From Octopus bimaculoides (lineage: Eukaryota): a stretch of 64,000 bases of DNA. Below, one piece after another: positions 38,305 to 52,102 of this stretch. Location of the stretch: the NCBI RefSeq assembly GCF_001194135.2, contig NC_068994.1, positions 48,235,005-48,299,004 on the forward strand. The letters run 5' to 3'. Position 1 is the stretch's first letter, and each line of letters opens with the position of its first letter. Both the position numbers and the translations under genes were made by a program. The notes beneath the pieces were generated by a model that saw only the letters and a program-made list of their open reading frames with translations, searched no databases and was not told the origin of the DNA.

Positions 38305-38453
38305 CGGGATTCTTTCAGTTTCCGTCTACCAAATCCACTCACAAGGCTTTGGTTAGCCCAAGGCTATACTAGAAGACACTTGCCCAAGGTGCCACACAGT
38401 GGAACTGAACCCGCAACCATGAGGTTGGTAAGCAAGTTACTTAGCACACAGCT
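38062..38453 (-). mobile_element. SINE family A, full length (minus)
   Basis: Complete reverse-complement copy with an internal (TA)n(CA)n tract. Confidence 0.85.
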
Positions 38454-39742
38454 ACTATTTTGGAAAGAATAAATTCATTAGAATAACTTTCATTACTAGG
38501 TGATTGGAATATAGATTAACATGAATTTAAAGTAAAATTTAGAATATATATTTACAGCTTTTAATTTAAATCCATTTTAAAAGAATTTGTATCACAGAAC
38601 AAAAGGGTTAAATTCAGTTCTCCACAGAAAAAAAAAAAAATCCCAAAGTACATGGAAATGTGAAAATTTTGAAAAATAGCCAAAGAATATTTATTCTTGT
38701 CAATATATCCAGTTTTTCAAGATTTTTATTAACTTACCCATTGTCTTTGGAATTAGACTTGAAGAACATTCTTACAAGAGTACAAAGTCACAAATTTGCT
38801 GAAGAGGCTATACTTAAATATGATAGTGACAGTCAGTATATGATACTTTCACCCATAACACCCATTTAAGCAATCCCTACTACCCTAGGCTGAGAGAGAA
38901 GGCCAGTTTCACTCACTTCGGAAACCACTGTTTTATAGCACTTTTCTCAGACACCACATGCCTAATTTATTACAGTTCAAATTTTACCTCAATGAATAAG
39001 TAAAATAAAAATTCATATTTTGATGATAAAAAAAAAAAAAAACACTAACACTTTCACCAAAAGAGAAACATTTCATTTATTGATTTCTGGACAAAAACAA
39101 TCAAAATATTTTTTAAATCTTGAAAAATTACAAAAAAAAAATTTCTTAGATTATAAAAAAAATGTTTACAAAATTTACAATGAATTCAAAGAAAATCTTA
39201 AAATATGAACAATGCACTAGTCTGCTTATTTAAAAAAAAAAATTACAGATTATTTCCAATTAAAATAATCAAACTAAATGGTAATTTCAGTACAAATTTT
39301 TTTTTTTTTAAAGATGTTCTAGTATGAAATATCAAATTNNNNNNNNNNNNNNNNNNNNNNNNNNNNNNNNNNNNNNNNNNNNNNNNNNNNNNNNNNNNNN
39401 NNNNNNNNNNNNNNNNNNNNNNNNNNNNNNNNNNNNNNNNNNNNNNNNNNNNNNNNNNNNNNNNNNNNNNNNNNNNNNNNNNNNNNNNNNNNNNNNNNNN
39501 NNNNNNNNNNNNNNNNNNNNNNNNNNNNNNNNNNNNNNNNNNNNNNNNNNNNNNNNNNNNNNNNNNNNNNNNNNNNNNNNNNNNNNNNNNNNNNNNNNNN
39601 NNNNNNNNNNNNNNNNNNNNNNNNNNNNNNNNNNNNNNNNNNNNNNNNNNNNNNNNNNNNNNNNNNNNNNNNNNNNNNNNNNNNNNNNNNNNNNNNNNNN
39701 NNNNNNNNNNNNNNNNNNNNNNNNNNNNNNNNNNNNNNNNNN

Positions 39743-39795
<53 letters not shown>

Positions 39796-42700
39796 AACTC
39801 ATCTTGTAATAAAACTGTTTACCCAGAGTAATTCAACTAAGGTTGACAAAGTCAGTCTGAAAATGGAACTCACAACAAACTCATTCACTGCTTTGTAATT
39901 CAGAGATCATAACACCCTAATTTAGTGGGAGAAGTGTTCATTAAAAATAATTAAAAATTATGAATCAAAGACACACACATACAAAGTAAATTGTTCAGTA
40001 AACTAACTCAACCTCAGTTTACGTCTAGTATTTACTGATTGAGTGTATGGAGAATTAAATTCAATGTAGACAGATAAAACTATATAACGAAAGGCATAGC
40101 TTGGCTCTACCAATTTACAGTAATTATGATAATTACAAGACTTATGAGAATGAAGATGATAAAGATTTCTTAGTCACAAAGCTAATTTTTGTTACAGAGT
40201 TGTTGATATAAATGCACCAACCCCACTATAACATTGGTGTAATTTTATTGGTCATCGCGGAAATAAAAGGTAAAAACAAACAAGACAAGACTTGGATTTA
40301 GTAACAAGCAGAATGACACGGAGAAATACTACACATATAATACTGTACATACTACCCAATAATTTCATATAAATAAAAGTAAGTCCAACTTTCACAATGG
40401 CGAAGGGATGTAGACAGTTGAATCAACTTTAATGTATTACTACTACAACTCTATTAAACTGAGAGAAAGAGAGAGAGACGAAAAATGAAGTAAACTACAG
40501 AGAAATTTAAATTCTGAAAGGAGAGAAATGAAACCAAATACACAAAGACAATGAATGTTGACACACCACTCTCACCTAATAATCATAAAACACTGGAACA
40601 TTTGAAACTATTATATTTCACTACTTCTCTCCAAACTATATATAGTTATATTACATGACTGAATTTATATCAGTAAATGCAGTCAGTTTTAATACTGAAA
40701 TAATAAAAAATGATTTGTAACATAGGCATAAGGCCACAAATATTTGGAAAGTATTGTCAATCCAACTGACTCAAATATCTATTTTATCGAGTCCAAAAGA
40801 TGAAAAGCTGAATCAACCTTAGTAGGGTTTGAACTCAGAATGTAAAGTGATATAACTATACACTGTAAAGCATTCTGTCCAGTGTTTTACTAATTCTGAC
40901 ACTCAACCATCAGCACACAGGCATTGATATACAGTGAGAAGAATATTTGATTTAAATTACCCCAGAACTTGATTCATATTATGAAATATTCATTGATTCT
41001 GAAAGTATGAAATGCACAGTCAACTCTAATGGGATTTGAACTCATTATATATGAGAATATGATGGGTTTTATATTGGCACAAGGACAAACTTATAGAGGA
41101 GGAGCATAGTTGACTCAATTGAACCAACTATAAAATACTGTTTCTTATATTATTGACTTTAGCAAAATAAACAATAAAATTGCTTTGACAAAATCTGAAT
41201 TCAAAGAGTAAAAGGAGGCAGCTAAATACAGTGAGGAATTTTGCCTGAAACTCTACCTTTCATTTTCACTCTTTCCAATTGCTGGTCTTTTGTAAATAAA
41301 AATAATTTCTGATGTAGACAGAAGGCCAGAAATTCTTTTTATGGACTCCAGAAGGATGAAGGCAAAGTTGACTTTAGCAGGATTTCAAATCAGAGTGTAA
41401 AAGAGACCATAACTAACTGCTGCAAGGTATTTTGTTTGATGTTCTGAAGATTTCTGCCAATTCACCAAATGATAATAAAAAATACTGGCTTTCATGCAAC
41501 ATCTCCAAAGACATAAAATACAAACAAACATACAACCACATTGTCCTACGTGATAGATACCAAATTGGTATTCTCCTTACAACCAGATAAGAAATCACCA
41601 AAAGCTTGGTGCATTATCATACATTTAACTGTAATGTTTTATGTAATGATGGTTATGATAACGGCATAAGACCATAAATTTTTTAAAAATGTATAGTCAA
41701 TTGACCTCAGTACATAACTGGTACTTATTTTACCAAGAAAGATGTGACTAATACAGAAACATGAACTCAAATATTGTAAAGCAATTAGAATCAACACCAT
41801 GTTAATAATGAAGATAATAACAAAAATTAAATCACTCCTTGTACTTGACTGATAAAAAGTACCAGTCAAGTACTAAGTCAATTTAATTAACCAACCACCT
41901 TCACACAAATTTCAGACCTTGTACCTAAGCTGGAAACATTTTTAATATCATTAACATTATTAAGCTGGCAGAATCGTTAGCACATTGGATGAAATGCATA
42001 GTGGTTCTTCATCTGAGTTTTAATTCCACTGAGGGTGATTTTGGTTTTCATTTTTGGTGGGGTTGATGAAATAAGTACCAGTTGAGTACTGGGACTGATC
42101 TCACCAAAATTGCTGGCCTTGAGCCAAAATTTGAAACCACTAATTATCATTAAAATTGCAAAAAAAAAAAAAGGTTAACTGCCAGGCTTAACAGCTTGCT
42201 GTATTTAATCACTTTCATTTATGTTTTGAGTTCTCAGGGATCAATAAGTACCAGTCATATACTGAAGTCAATTAAATCAACTATGTTACTCATCCAAAAT
42301 TTGTGGCCTTATTGTTATTTAACAATAATAAATTAAAATACTAATATTCTGAAAATATAAAAGATATAAAATGAAAGTATTTTTTGTTTTTTATTTTTTT
42401 GCAAGTGTGGCATATATTAATACTTCCTTTCAAATATAAAATCTGTTTTAAATAGTTTTATATTTAAACCAACATTAGCTTATAATGTGTAGAAGGGGAT
42501 TACTGAATTACAAAGAAGTATTACACTTAATGAATGAATGTTAGTGCATTTCTTCAGTAATTAGTGGTTAAATTAGGTTCCAAACAGTTTGACGTTAAAT
42601 TGCTTCACTTTCACAGACCATGAAAAACAAATCATTCAAAAGTTATCCTTTTTCCTATGGATATTACTATGAGATGCTGAGTAATAAGTAATAAATTAAT

Positions 42701-43997
42701 ATACTACTTATTAGTAGAAAATGATAACTTAAATGTAATCAGAGATGACAAATTCAATTATTTTCACTGTTTCAAATTTCAAAATGATAAAACTATCATA
42801 GCCATCTTTCTTAATTTGAATTATGAATGAAAAATTTTTTTAAATCAACTGAAAAACAAAAAAAAAACTTAAAAACTGAAATCAAAATTTCAACTCAAAT
42901 CAAAATTCACTTCTTTTTTTAATCAATAATTTTGTTTTTATGTTAAAATGAATTTCAATTTTAACATTTTAAAATATTTTTAATTCTATTTATTCTTCCC
43001 TTTCATTGGCTCATTTATTTAAACATTTTAGTATCATTCATTTGAAATTTTAAACTGAAAACAAAAAAAAAAAAAACTTTTTAAGACCCTAGGTATCAGT
43101 CTTGTTGAAAATCTTTTTTCTTTCTCTTATTCTACATAACCAATAATAGACAAATGCCAGAAGAGGTAAAAAGATAAGGAATTGGATGGCTGGATAGATT
43201 AGCATTGTTTCACACCCACTTTTAGATGAGCAGGCGACTTCTACAGTTCATTTTGCTATGAGGGGAAAAGCTGGGTAAGTTACATGGGTTTTCAAGGAAA
43301 TGTGTAAAATTGATAGGAGGATGAGCAGAAAGTGATTATATAACTATTTCATGTACTTCACAGAAATAGCAAAAAAAAAAAACAAAACAATAATAATACT
43401 GAACCTTTGAATACTTTTCTCATTAAAAGATTAACTTAAGCATGGGTTGAAAGTCTCGAAGAAAACTTAAAGGAATTTATTATCAAGCAGGGTATAGTAA
43501 GACAAAGGGAAAGATGGTGCTGCTGTGTTGGATAAGGGTTGTTAGTTTTCATGGGAGAGGTTATCAATTAGAATTCTAGACAATTTTAAATTACAGCAGT
43601 AACTGTAGTTTGCAAATATAAACAAAAGAAATTATTTGCAGCTACTGGTATAATCTATAAGCCAGTGTCTTTCAGTTTGTCTGACAACGAAATATATGGT
43701 TGGCTTCATTTATAATTAAAGTTTAAATCTTCTCACAAAAGAAAAAAAAAAAAAATCAATTACAATGTCTGTTTTCTGATTGGATAAAATGTCCAAATTT
43801 CTGGTTTTTATTAATTTTTTTTTTAATAATAAACCCCATCCCTACTTTATTATGTTTGTTGTTGTTTATATATATATATATAATTGATGGGGTTTTTTTC
43901 TCTTCTTTCCAGTTAAAAAAAAAGGTAAGGTTGTGAAATATACAATGATCCGCATCTCATAACCTCTTTGTAGTTTTTCTTGCTTTCTGCCCTTGCC

Positions 43998-44222
43998 TTA
44001 CGTCTTGACCTCTCTTTTATCAGTGAAGAAACTCTTCATGATGAACACCTGCCCAACTGTGATGATTAAGATGACTAAAGACTGACCCACGGACCAGTAC
44101 AGCACACGCTCATTGAGGTCTTCAGCAAATGATCTAGCCTGGCTCTCTCTAAGTCGGAAATGAGTTTGATAGTCCACTATGTGATTTAAATTTTCATGGT
44201 TAACCACAGCTGAGCTCTCCAT
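43998..44222 (-). CDS. TMED7: p24-gamma terminal exon, proximal copy (3A): coiled coil + TM + FF tail
   Basis: Acceptor tttgtctgttctcttgtAG directly before ATG, phase 0. Encodes [74 protein letters not shown], stop TAA. AATAAA hexamers lie downstream on - (43846-43851, 43807-43812). Confidence 0.93.
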   Translation of the reverse strand: MESSAVVNHENLNHIVDYQTHFRLRESQARSFAEDLNERVLYWSVGQSLVILIITVGQVFIMKSFFTDKREVKT

Positions 44223-44585
44223 CTACAAGAGAACAGACAAACACCATTTTCCAGTTGACCGCACACAAACAAAAGTTAAATAAAAATAAGCAATTGATAA
44301 ATAATTGAAATAAACAAAATCAAAATAAATATAACAAAATGTAGCAAGGAATATTATTGTTGTTGCTGTGTTGTTCATGACTAACATAAGCTAATTATTC
44401 TGTTGTGCACAAATAAAAGCCATGGCTACAGTGGATTTGTACAGAGATTATGAGCCAACCAGCCAACCATTTCTTCTTAAGAGCTAATGTCTTGCTATGA
44501 TTATATTTGGTGTTGATGTTCCACTACCTTAAAGCTAATTTAACAACCTTGAATTAGCTTCTTATTAGTACTATTAGTATTAAAT

Positions 44586-44810
44586 GTGGCAAGCAGGCAG
44601 AACTGTTGCCACACCAGACAAAATGCTTAGCTGCATTTTATCTGTCTTTGTTTTGAGTTCAAATTCCACCGAGGGCAACTTTGCCTTTCATCCTTTCAGT
44701 GTTGATAAAATAAGTACCAGTCAAGAACTGGGGGTCAATGTAATTGACTAGCCCCTACCTAACCAAAATTTCAGGCACTGTGCCTATAATAGAAAGGATT
44801 ATTATTATCA
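44586..44810 (+). mobile_element. SINE family B, full length with (ATT)n tail
   Basis: gcaggcagaactgttgcc...gagttcaaattccaccgagggcaactttgcctttcatcc...gtgcctataatagaaaggattattattat. The same tail occurs at about 1010-1066. Confidence 0.8.
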
Positions 44811-47800
44811 TTGCTATTATTGTGGCCTAGTGGTTAGGGTATTAAACTCAAAATTGCAATATCGTGATTTCAATTCCTGGACTGGCCAGGGTATTGTGTT
44901 CTTGAGCAAACCTCTTCATTTCACCTTGCTCTGCATCTAATGTATGGCACACTGTGCATCTGTACAGGCAATGTCAGTTTGATGAAGGGAGTGAGCTAAC
45001 AATGTCCAGCACAAACATTTGATTACTATAAACAAATTTGTGCAGCTGGTTCAGCAAGAAATTGTGGAACTCATAATGATGATTATTATTAACAGTAGTA
45101 GTTCCTCCACATTTAATTCAATAACTACATTCTACTTGGGTCAGTTTCAACCTAAGGTAAAATAAAACAATATCATATACTGGTAAGATCAACTCAATTG
45201 CATATAAAACCTTCCCCAATTAAATATCTATTTAAGATTATCGTTATTATTATTATGGTGGATTTTGTGCAAATGCCAGAAAATATTATCATTAATACAA
45301 TAGCTAGGTGAGTAAGATATTGAACTATAGGCTCACAGCAATGTTTTATTCTCTGGCAACAACTTGCTTAATTACTTGTCTCAGTATTCCTCTTTTCTAA
45401 TCATTGTTTCCTTTTAAATAATTACCATTATCTTTATTCTACATCTATTTCATGCTAGAATAGGTTGGATAGTTCAACAAATGCACACATTTTCATGGAT
45501 AACGTTAATACAACCAAGGAGATAGAGAGCAAAGAAAGCAAGTGCTTAAATATGCATATCCAAATGTCTACGTGAAAACTAAAATGCCAGTGTGCATGCT
45601 GTTGCATATTAATAGATGCATTTGCCAATGTGCATATGTCAGTGTGCACAAATATGTAATTATACCTATTCATATTTATACAGGAATAAAAGCCATAGAT
45701 TTCATACAGGAAAGATATGAGATTGAATAACAATGATGCATTCAAGGACATTAAGCACAAAGGTCTCAATGAGAAATTAAAACAGGTTTATATTAATCAT
45801 TATCGCTACAAGCAAAACCAAATTTGCTATACAGGCAAGAACCACAAGTATTTGGAGTAAAAGGAAATGCAATTGTCTGATCAATCTAGTTTCAGTTGCA
45901 CTAAGTGATGCATGATAAGATAAAGAATAAAACATTGAAATAAAACACTCCATATGAAACCTGCACTGCTTTCATGAACAGAGACCTTGAAAACATTCTT
46001 CAATGGTGGGGTGAGATATGACAATCTTACATTTTTTTTGACAGCACAAAGTCAATCACTGCAAGCATCAAGGAAACAAGCTTGTATCTCATCCTTTCTA
46101 CTTCAAGAGAATCATTTTCTTCATGTACCATATCTAAGATAACAATAATCATGAACCTCCATGCCCTCTAGTACCCCAACACAACATAATTGGGATGGTT
46201 TTCCTGAAGCCAACAGGTAAAGCCATTAAGTATCTTCTCCCCTATCTGCTTCTTCTTTTCAGTTTCCCAGTTTCCCTTATGTCACTGAGAAGCTTTCCAA
46301 TGGTTTTTGCTCATCTAAGGAGCTCATTGCTTATTACTGTCTGCATACGATACCTTCAGCTTTCTTCTAAGGGACCACATCGTTGTAACACAATTTTGCA
46401 CTTGTTGATGTTCCAACACACAATAACCTCAAATGCTAAACCTGAAAATATGATCTTTCTTGGCAAGATCATCTTTCACATAACAAGATCTGCCTCCCAG
46501 CTTTCCGCTCAGGGTCAGCAACAAAGTTTAAGTAGGTCTACATCTAAGACAATTATGCTGCTACACACACAAACATATTCAACTGTATGCAACTGCATTC
46601 AACTGATTGCCTTATTCTGTTTAATTCCATTATTGCTGCAAGAAGGGCTCCTGCTTCTCAAAACTAGCTAGATGCATACCTCCTCTACTTAAATCTCTTA
46701 TCTACCACCTCTTGTCATCCATACTGTGTTATATATATATATATATATCCAAACCCCACACAAATTACTTCCCAATCCTTCAATACCAAAATTCCAAATG
46801 CTCGAAATCCCTTTCTATACGTATTTTCCTTGCAGATATTAAAATACAGATGTTTAAACTGAGCATCATTCATATCAATCTCACCAACCAATTTCAGTTT
46901 GAAAATCATGGAAGCCTAAACCAAACTACAATATTTGACAGCAACATAGGTGTACATGAATAGCAGTGATGAAGTGAATACACACAAATGGCTTGTATAT
47001 TGGCCAGGCCAGCCTGAGTTATGGATACATGATGAAATATGATTTTGTCATACAACTATGAAATAAAGGGGAACACATTGTGGGATAAGCAAACAATACA
47101 AAAATAGATATATTTTGTTGATACATAATAATAATTGACATGAGTAGAGAGGGTTTATTAATTTGAATGCCACTGAAGCAAGAATGGATAACTTTCCCGA
47201 TAGCTAACCATGCTATGGGATTACTCTACTTTTGTTAGAGCAAGTTAACTAAGGCCTTTTGATTTATGTGCATTGCTCAGGTTGTGGTAAAAAATTACAA
47301 CAGATTAATTGTACAGGTAAAATTTAAGCTCTTACCTTACTGTTTGGAGTCAGCAATGTAATTGTACAGTAAGGGAGTGCTGAACATATCTAATTCAATA
47401 AAATATCAGCTAACTGAGGGATCAGCAGTTTGTATCCAAAGAGTAACAGTGAGGTGTCCATGATCTAAACAATTTTCAGTTGATTGTGCAGAAGAAACCC
47501 AACAAGTTTCAACTGGTAGAAAGGCAATATCCAGCAACATCACCTGGTCGCCTCACTGCATTGCTGATAAAACCCCAATCATCTTGGATGCCATGCTATT
47601 GGTCCAGAAAGTAATCAGGGACAAGAGATTGGGGCTAACCATCCAGTGCAGGCCTTATTCACCATCATTTAAGCACAGTGTAAGTCAAGACTCAAACAAC
47701 TTCAAACCACACACACAGCAAACCTTTCACTGTAAGAAGCAGGGTATTGCAAGAATCTGCAACAATGAAGTGCAGCCACTTCTGTAGTTTCATTGCTTAG

Positions 47801-48789
47801 AAGGTGTAATTATAGGCAACAACAATCACAAATCTGATTGCCTGTGTAGATGCATCCCCCATTGTTGTGATGTATAGTAGTAAAGTTTTGGTCATTTTCA
47901 GAAACAAAGAACAACATCAGCCTATAATGCAGATGTGTTAAGAAGCCAAGACAGAAAAGAACTCATTTGCTAAAGCTTAGAAGTGGTAGTAATATTACAG
48001 CTGCGATAGATGTTAGTGTTATTATTTTGATGTTATTGTTATTTGAATTACTTTTGGATTAATAATTGTTTCTTAGATTAGAGAAATGATTGCTTAAACT
48101 GTTCTTGTAACATTTATCAATATAGGAGCACAGCCTTATATTGATTCATAACTGAAACTGTTCATAGACCAAGTGTATATGGAGAAAAGATATCATGGGT
48201 TTCCATTAATGATAGGTGTATATAATTTGGAAAAACTTTTGTTTGTTCTTGTTCCTCACTACATGTATATGTACATATATATATTTCAAACTAGGAGATA
48301 TGAAATACTATAGTACTTAGCAACTACTTGCATGTTAAAAAGTTTAAACATACCATCTAATGGAATAGTTTTATCTAAGATAATGTTATACAAAGATACA
48401 ACAATGGCAACTCAAAGGAGCTGCACAGAGCCACTTAACTTGCAAACAATAACCTATTTAATAAACTTCACTACACACACACCAACCAAAAGAGGAAATT
48501 TCAAATTGGAAGCAAAATAAGAACCAAAAGGCCTTTGAATAAATCTAAGATTAAAGTATTAGCATAAAAGAAAACAGGGCTCCATCATCATCCAGGAAAT
48601 GACCATGCTCGATATGCAGAAAAGAAGTGGGCAGGAATTCCAAATGATGTACTCAAAGTAAACTATGGATGCACAAGAAGTGTAGTGGGATCACAAGCAG
48701 TATAGGCAGGCTGACAGGAAAGATAAACTTCATATGTAACAGATATAATTAACAGTAAGAGTATACGTGAAATAAATTCCTTCAAATGC

Positions 48790-49280
48790 TCAAAAGGTTC
48801 CCTCTAAGTAGTTGATAGCTTTTTCTACTTAGGTGATCTAATTAGCAGTGGAGAAGAGTATTCTGAAAGCACAGCTGCCAGAGTAATAACAGTATGCAAA
48901 AAATTTGAGGAACTATTGACACTGCTAACAAAGGAATTCTCTCTCAGAGTGAAAGACAGATTGCATGATGCTTTTGTATGACATGCAATGTTGTATAGTA
49001 GCAAGACATGGGTATTAGATGCACAGAATATGCAAAGGCTGGAAAGAAATGAGGTGAGCATGCTCTGTTGGATGTGTCATATTAGTGTGCATAGACAGAG
49101 CACAAATGGGCTGAGAGAAAAAAAAAAAGATACAAGAGGAATCATAAGTAGCATGCAAAAGAGATGACCGAGTTGGTATAGACATGTGAGGCACCTTAAA
49201 CACGACTGTTGGGTAAAGCCTGACAATCTAAGTAGAAGGAACCTACAGGAGAGGAAAACCAAGGAAGACACAGGAAGAAA
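48790..49280 (+). mobile_element. degenerate RTE-clade LINE 3' fragment
   Basis: RLHDAFV*HAMLYSSKTW...RLERNEVSMLCWMC-type RTE C-terminal sequence. Confidence 0.65.
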
Positions 49281-49609
49281 TTAGGGAAAATGCAAAGTGT
49301 ATTGGTTATTTAGTGGGCTACAAATGGCAGATAGCCCAGATTACACTTTGTAGTATGCAACAAACATTAACTATCTCATTTCTTTTTCAAATGTATCAAC
49401 AGCATCAACATGGCAAATTCCAATTTGACACAAAAAATAAAAAGGCACACTGTGCATGTGGCTCTAGCAATTCAGAGATCACCAGCTTCTTGAATGTAGT
49501 GTTCAAGAAAAAACTAGAAGTCTCAAAGTAAGGGACTTGGCATCAATGGCTAAGATCTATTATAAAAATGAGAGCACCAGCAGACCAATGTGAATTATTA
49601 CCAAGAAGC

Positions 49610-50560
49610 TTAAAAGATATGTAGTGCAAAACACTAACCACTTGTCTATCCCTAGTTTCCACATTAACCACCAGATAAGGGATCAGGGGACCCTGTCAAA
49701 AGCTCTCTCCATGTCAACGAAAGCCAAGTACAGAGGTTTATCTTTGGCTAGGAATTTCTCCTACAGCTGTCTTACCAAAAACAGCATCAGTGGTGCTTCT
49801 CCTTGGCACAAACCCAAACTGCATCTCATCTAAACTAACTCTCTCCCTAATTAGTTGGGCTATGACCCTCTCCATGACTTTCATCACCTGATCCAACAAT
49901 TTGTTACCTCTGTAATTATTCCTATCTAAGGTATCACCTTTACCTTTGTAGCAGTTGACTATGGTGCTGCTACCCCAGTCATTGGGTATGATTCCCTCAT
50001 GAACCACCTGATTTACAATACGGGTGACTAGACCATAACCAACACCACCAGATATTTTAAGCATCTCAGCAGTGATTCCTGATGAGCTGGGGGCTTTCCC
50101 TGTCTTCACATCCTTAATTGCTTTATCTACCAAGGTACTGTCAATTTGAATAGCTGGTTGACATTTGGCAGACTCCCTTTCTCTCATTCATTCTCTTCAT
50201 TTAGCAACCTTTCATAGTGATGTCTCCAAGTCTCTCTCTCCTTGCAGCCTCATTAAATGCAAGTGAGCCATCATCCATGCGGACACATTTCTCTCCTGTG
50301 ACATCACTATTCTCTCTCACACACTGTCTTGCAATACAAAACACTTCAAGTCTCTGGTCCTCACAATGCAGAACATTGGCAGATTTTTTTCTTATCTGCT
50401 TCCCCTCTGGCTAAGTAAACCTGTCTCCTAGCTTCCCTTCTGGCAATCTGATAGTTCCCTGCTAACACCGCTCTTCCAGTCCTTCCATGCCTGTTTCTTT
50501 TCCCTAATGGCCCTGTCAACTACATCGTTCCACCACCACGTTACCCAGTGAGAGAAATAA
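49610..50560 (-). mobile_element. RTE-clade LINE reverse-transcriptase N-terminal fragment
   Basis: ORF 49738-50187 reads ...KTGKAPSSSGITAEMLK...IPNDW...YKGKGDTLDRNNYRG..LL....KVMERV...QFGFVPRRSTTDA. A WWWN motif lies near 50530. Confidence 0.88.
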
Positions 50561-51889
50561 ACAAAAATTATTCACGCTTGTGTGTATATTTGAAATAAAA
50601 ACAGATGTCACACCTAAAAGCACTAATCATTCACACGAACAAATACACTTGAAACACGCCTAAATATGTTACTGTATGCTTATATACCCGTGTATTATTG
50701 ACATAAATATCAATAGAACAGGTAGAATAGAAAATAAAATAACTGGATGAGAATACTAGATGAAATTTAGAAATTGTTTAGTTGATGAAATAATGAGAAG
50801 GCTGCTAGAGATACAAATAATCTATAGATTAAGACTATAGGGAGAACAGGTGGTAGATTAAATAGATACTTGAGATTAAAATGGAAGAAAAGCCAATAGT
50901 AACAAACTAACAAGCTTTCAGAAATAAAAAGGCTTGTAGCAACAGCTGGATTTCTTTCTAATTGAACATGGTAGAACCATTTAAATAATGCAAATTTCTA
51001 GTTCGTTAAATATGTATATAGACGATGGGGGGTGGGTAATAAAAGGTACTGAACAATCCAATAATTTTTTAATCCCTTTTAAAAAAATACCATTAACCAA
51101 ATTAACTTCCCAGAAACAAAAAAAAATGCTGTACTGACTTTAACTATAGAAGATTATTATTAAAATTTATTGATACTCAAAATGCTTAAAACTAATGAGC
51201 TGAATAAATAACTAAGAGGGCAGTAAGAAAAAAAAAACATGATATTTCATATAGCTTGAAAATACTGAATTTTCATCATTCTTTCTACTATAGATGCAAG
51301 GCCTGAAAAATTTCAAGGAAGACACTAGTCGATTACATTGACCCCAGCGCTCCACTTGGTATTTATTTTATCCACCCTGATAGGATGAATGGCAAAAATC
51401 AACCTCGACAGAATTTGAATTGACTGTAAAGTCAGAAGAAATGCCACTGAGCAGTTTGTTTGATGCAGAAATTATTTTGCCAGCTCAACAGCTTCACCAT
51501 TCCTGTAATACCATAAAACTTATATTTTACCACAGACAACTGTACGGTCACATGAATTCAATAATTGAATGAAGCCAGGCCAGCTCCTGTCAAACCATCC
51601 AACCCATGCCAGCATGGAAAACAGACATTAAATGATGAATGAATGATTGCTTAGAGGAAAATTTCAATAAACTACAAATTCATGTACAGGATTCAGTACA
51701 TGTCACATCATCTTATCCCACTTCATACCAGTGGCTCCTTTAAGATATTTCTTTGCTCCTTTTAATTATATAACATGAACCACATGCATACACATTCATT
51801 TGCTTGGAAGAAGTCACCATTGCCATTTATTACACATACCACATACTTTATCATAGTTGCTATTCAATTTCATTGCTTCCCTGATAGGC

Positions 51890-52040
51890 ACAGACATGGC
51901 TTTGTGATGAAGAACTTTGCTTCCCAACTACATAGTTTCAGGTTCAGTCCCACTGCATGACATTTTGGGCTATCTTTTACTATAGACCCAGAGCAATCAA
52001 AGTTGTGCAAGTAGATTTGATAGATGCTGTAGGAAGCCTG

Positions 52041-52102
<62 letters not shown>
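51890..52102 (+). mobile_element. SINE family A (5' half, ending in (TG)n at a gap)
   Basis: Degenerate head and core, then (TG)n running into the N-gap at 52103-52399. Confidence 0.7.

Noticed and set aside
39743-39788. 46-nt poly(A) run as a retrocopy tail
   Set aside because: It abuts a gap, so the upstream sequence is unknown, and no processed-gene sequence or TSD can be shown.
46100-47830. Possible additional LINE-derived or coding sequence (ORF 46195-46671)
   Set aside because: It looks like decayed LINE sequence, but no diagnostic motif could be read confidently, so it is not called as a feature or gene.
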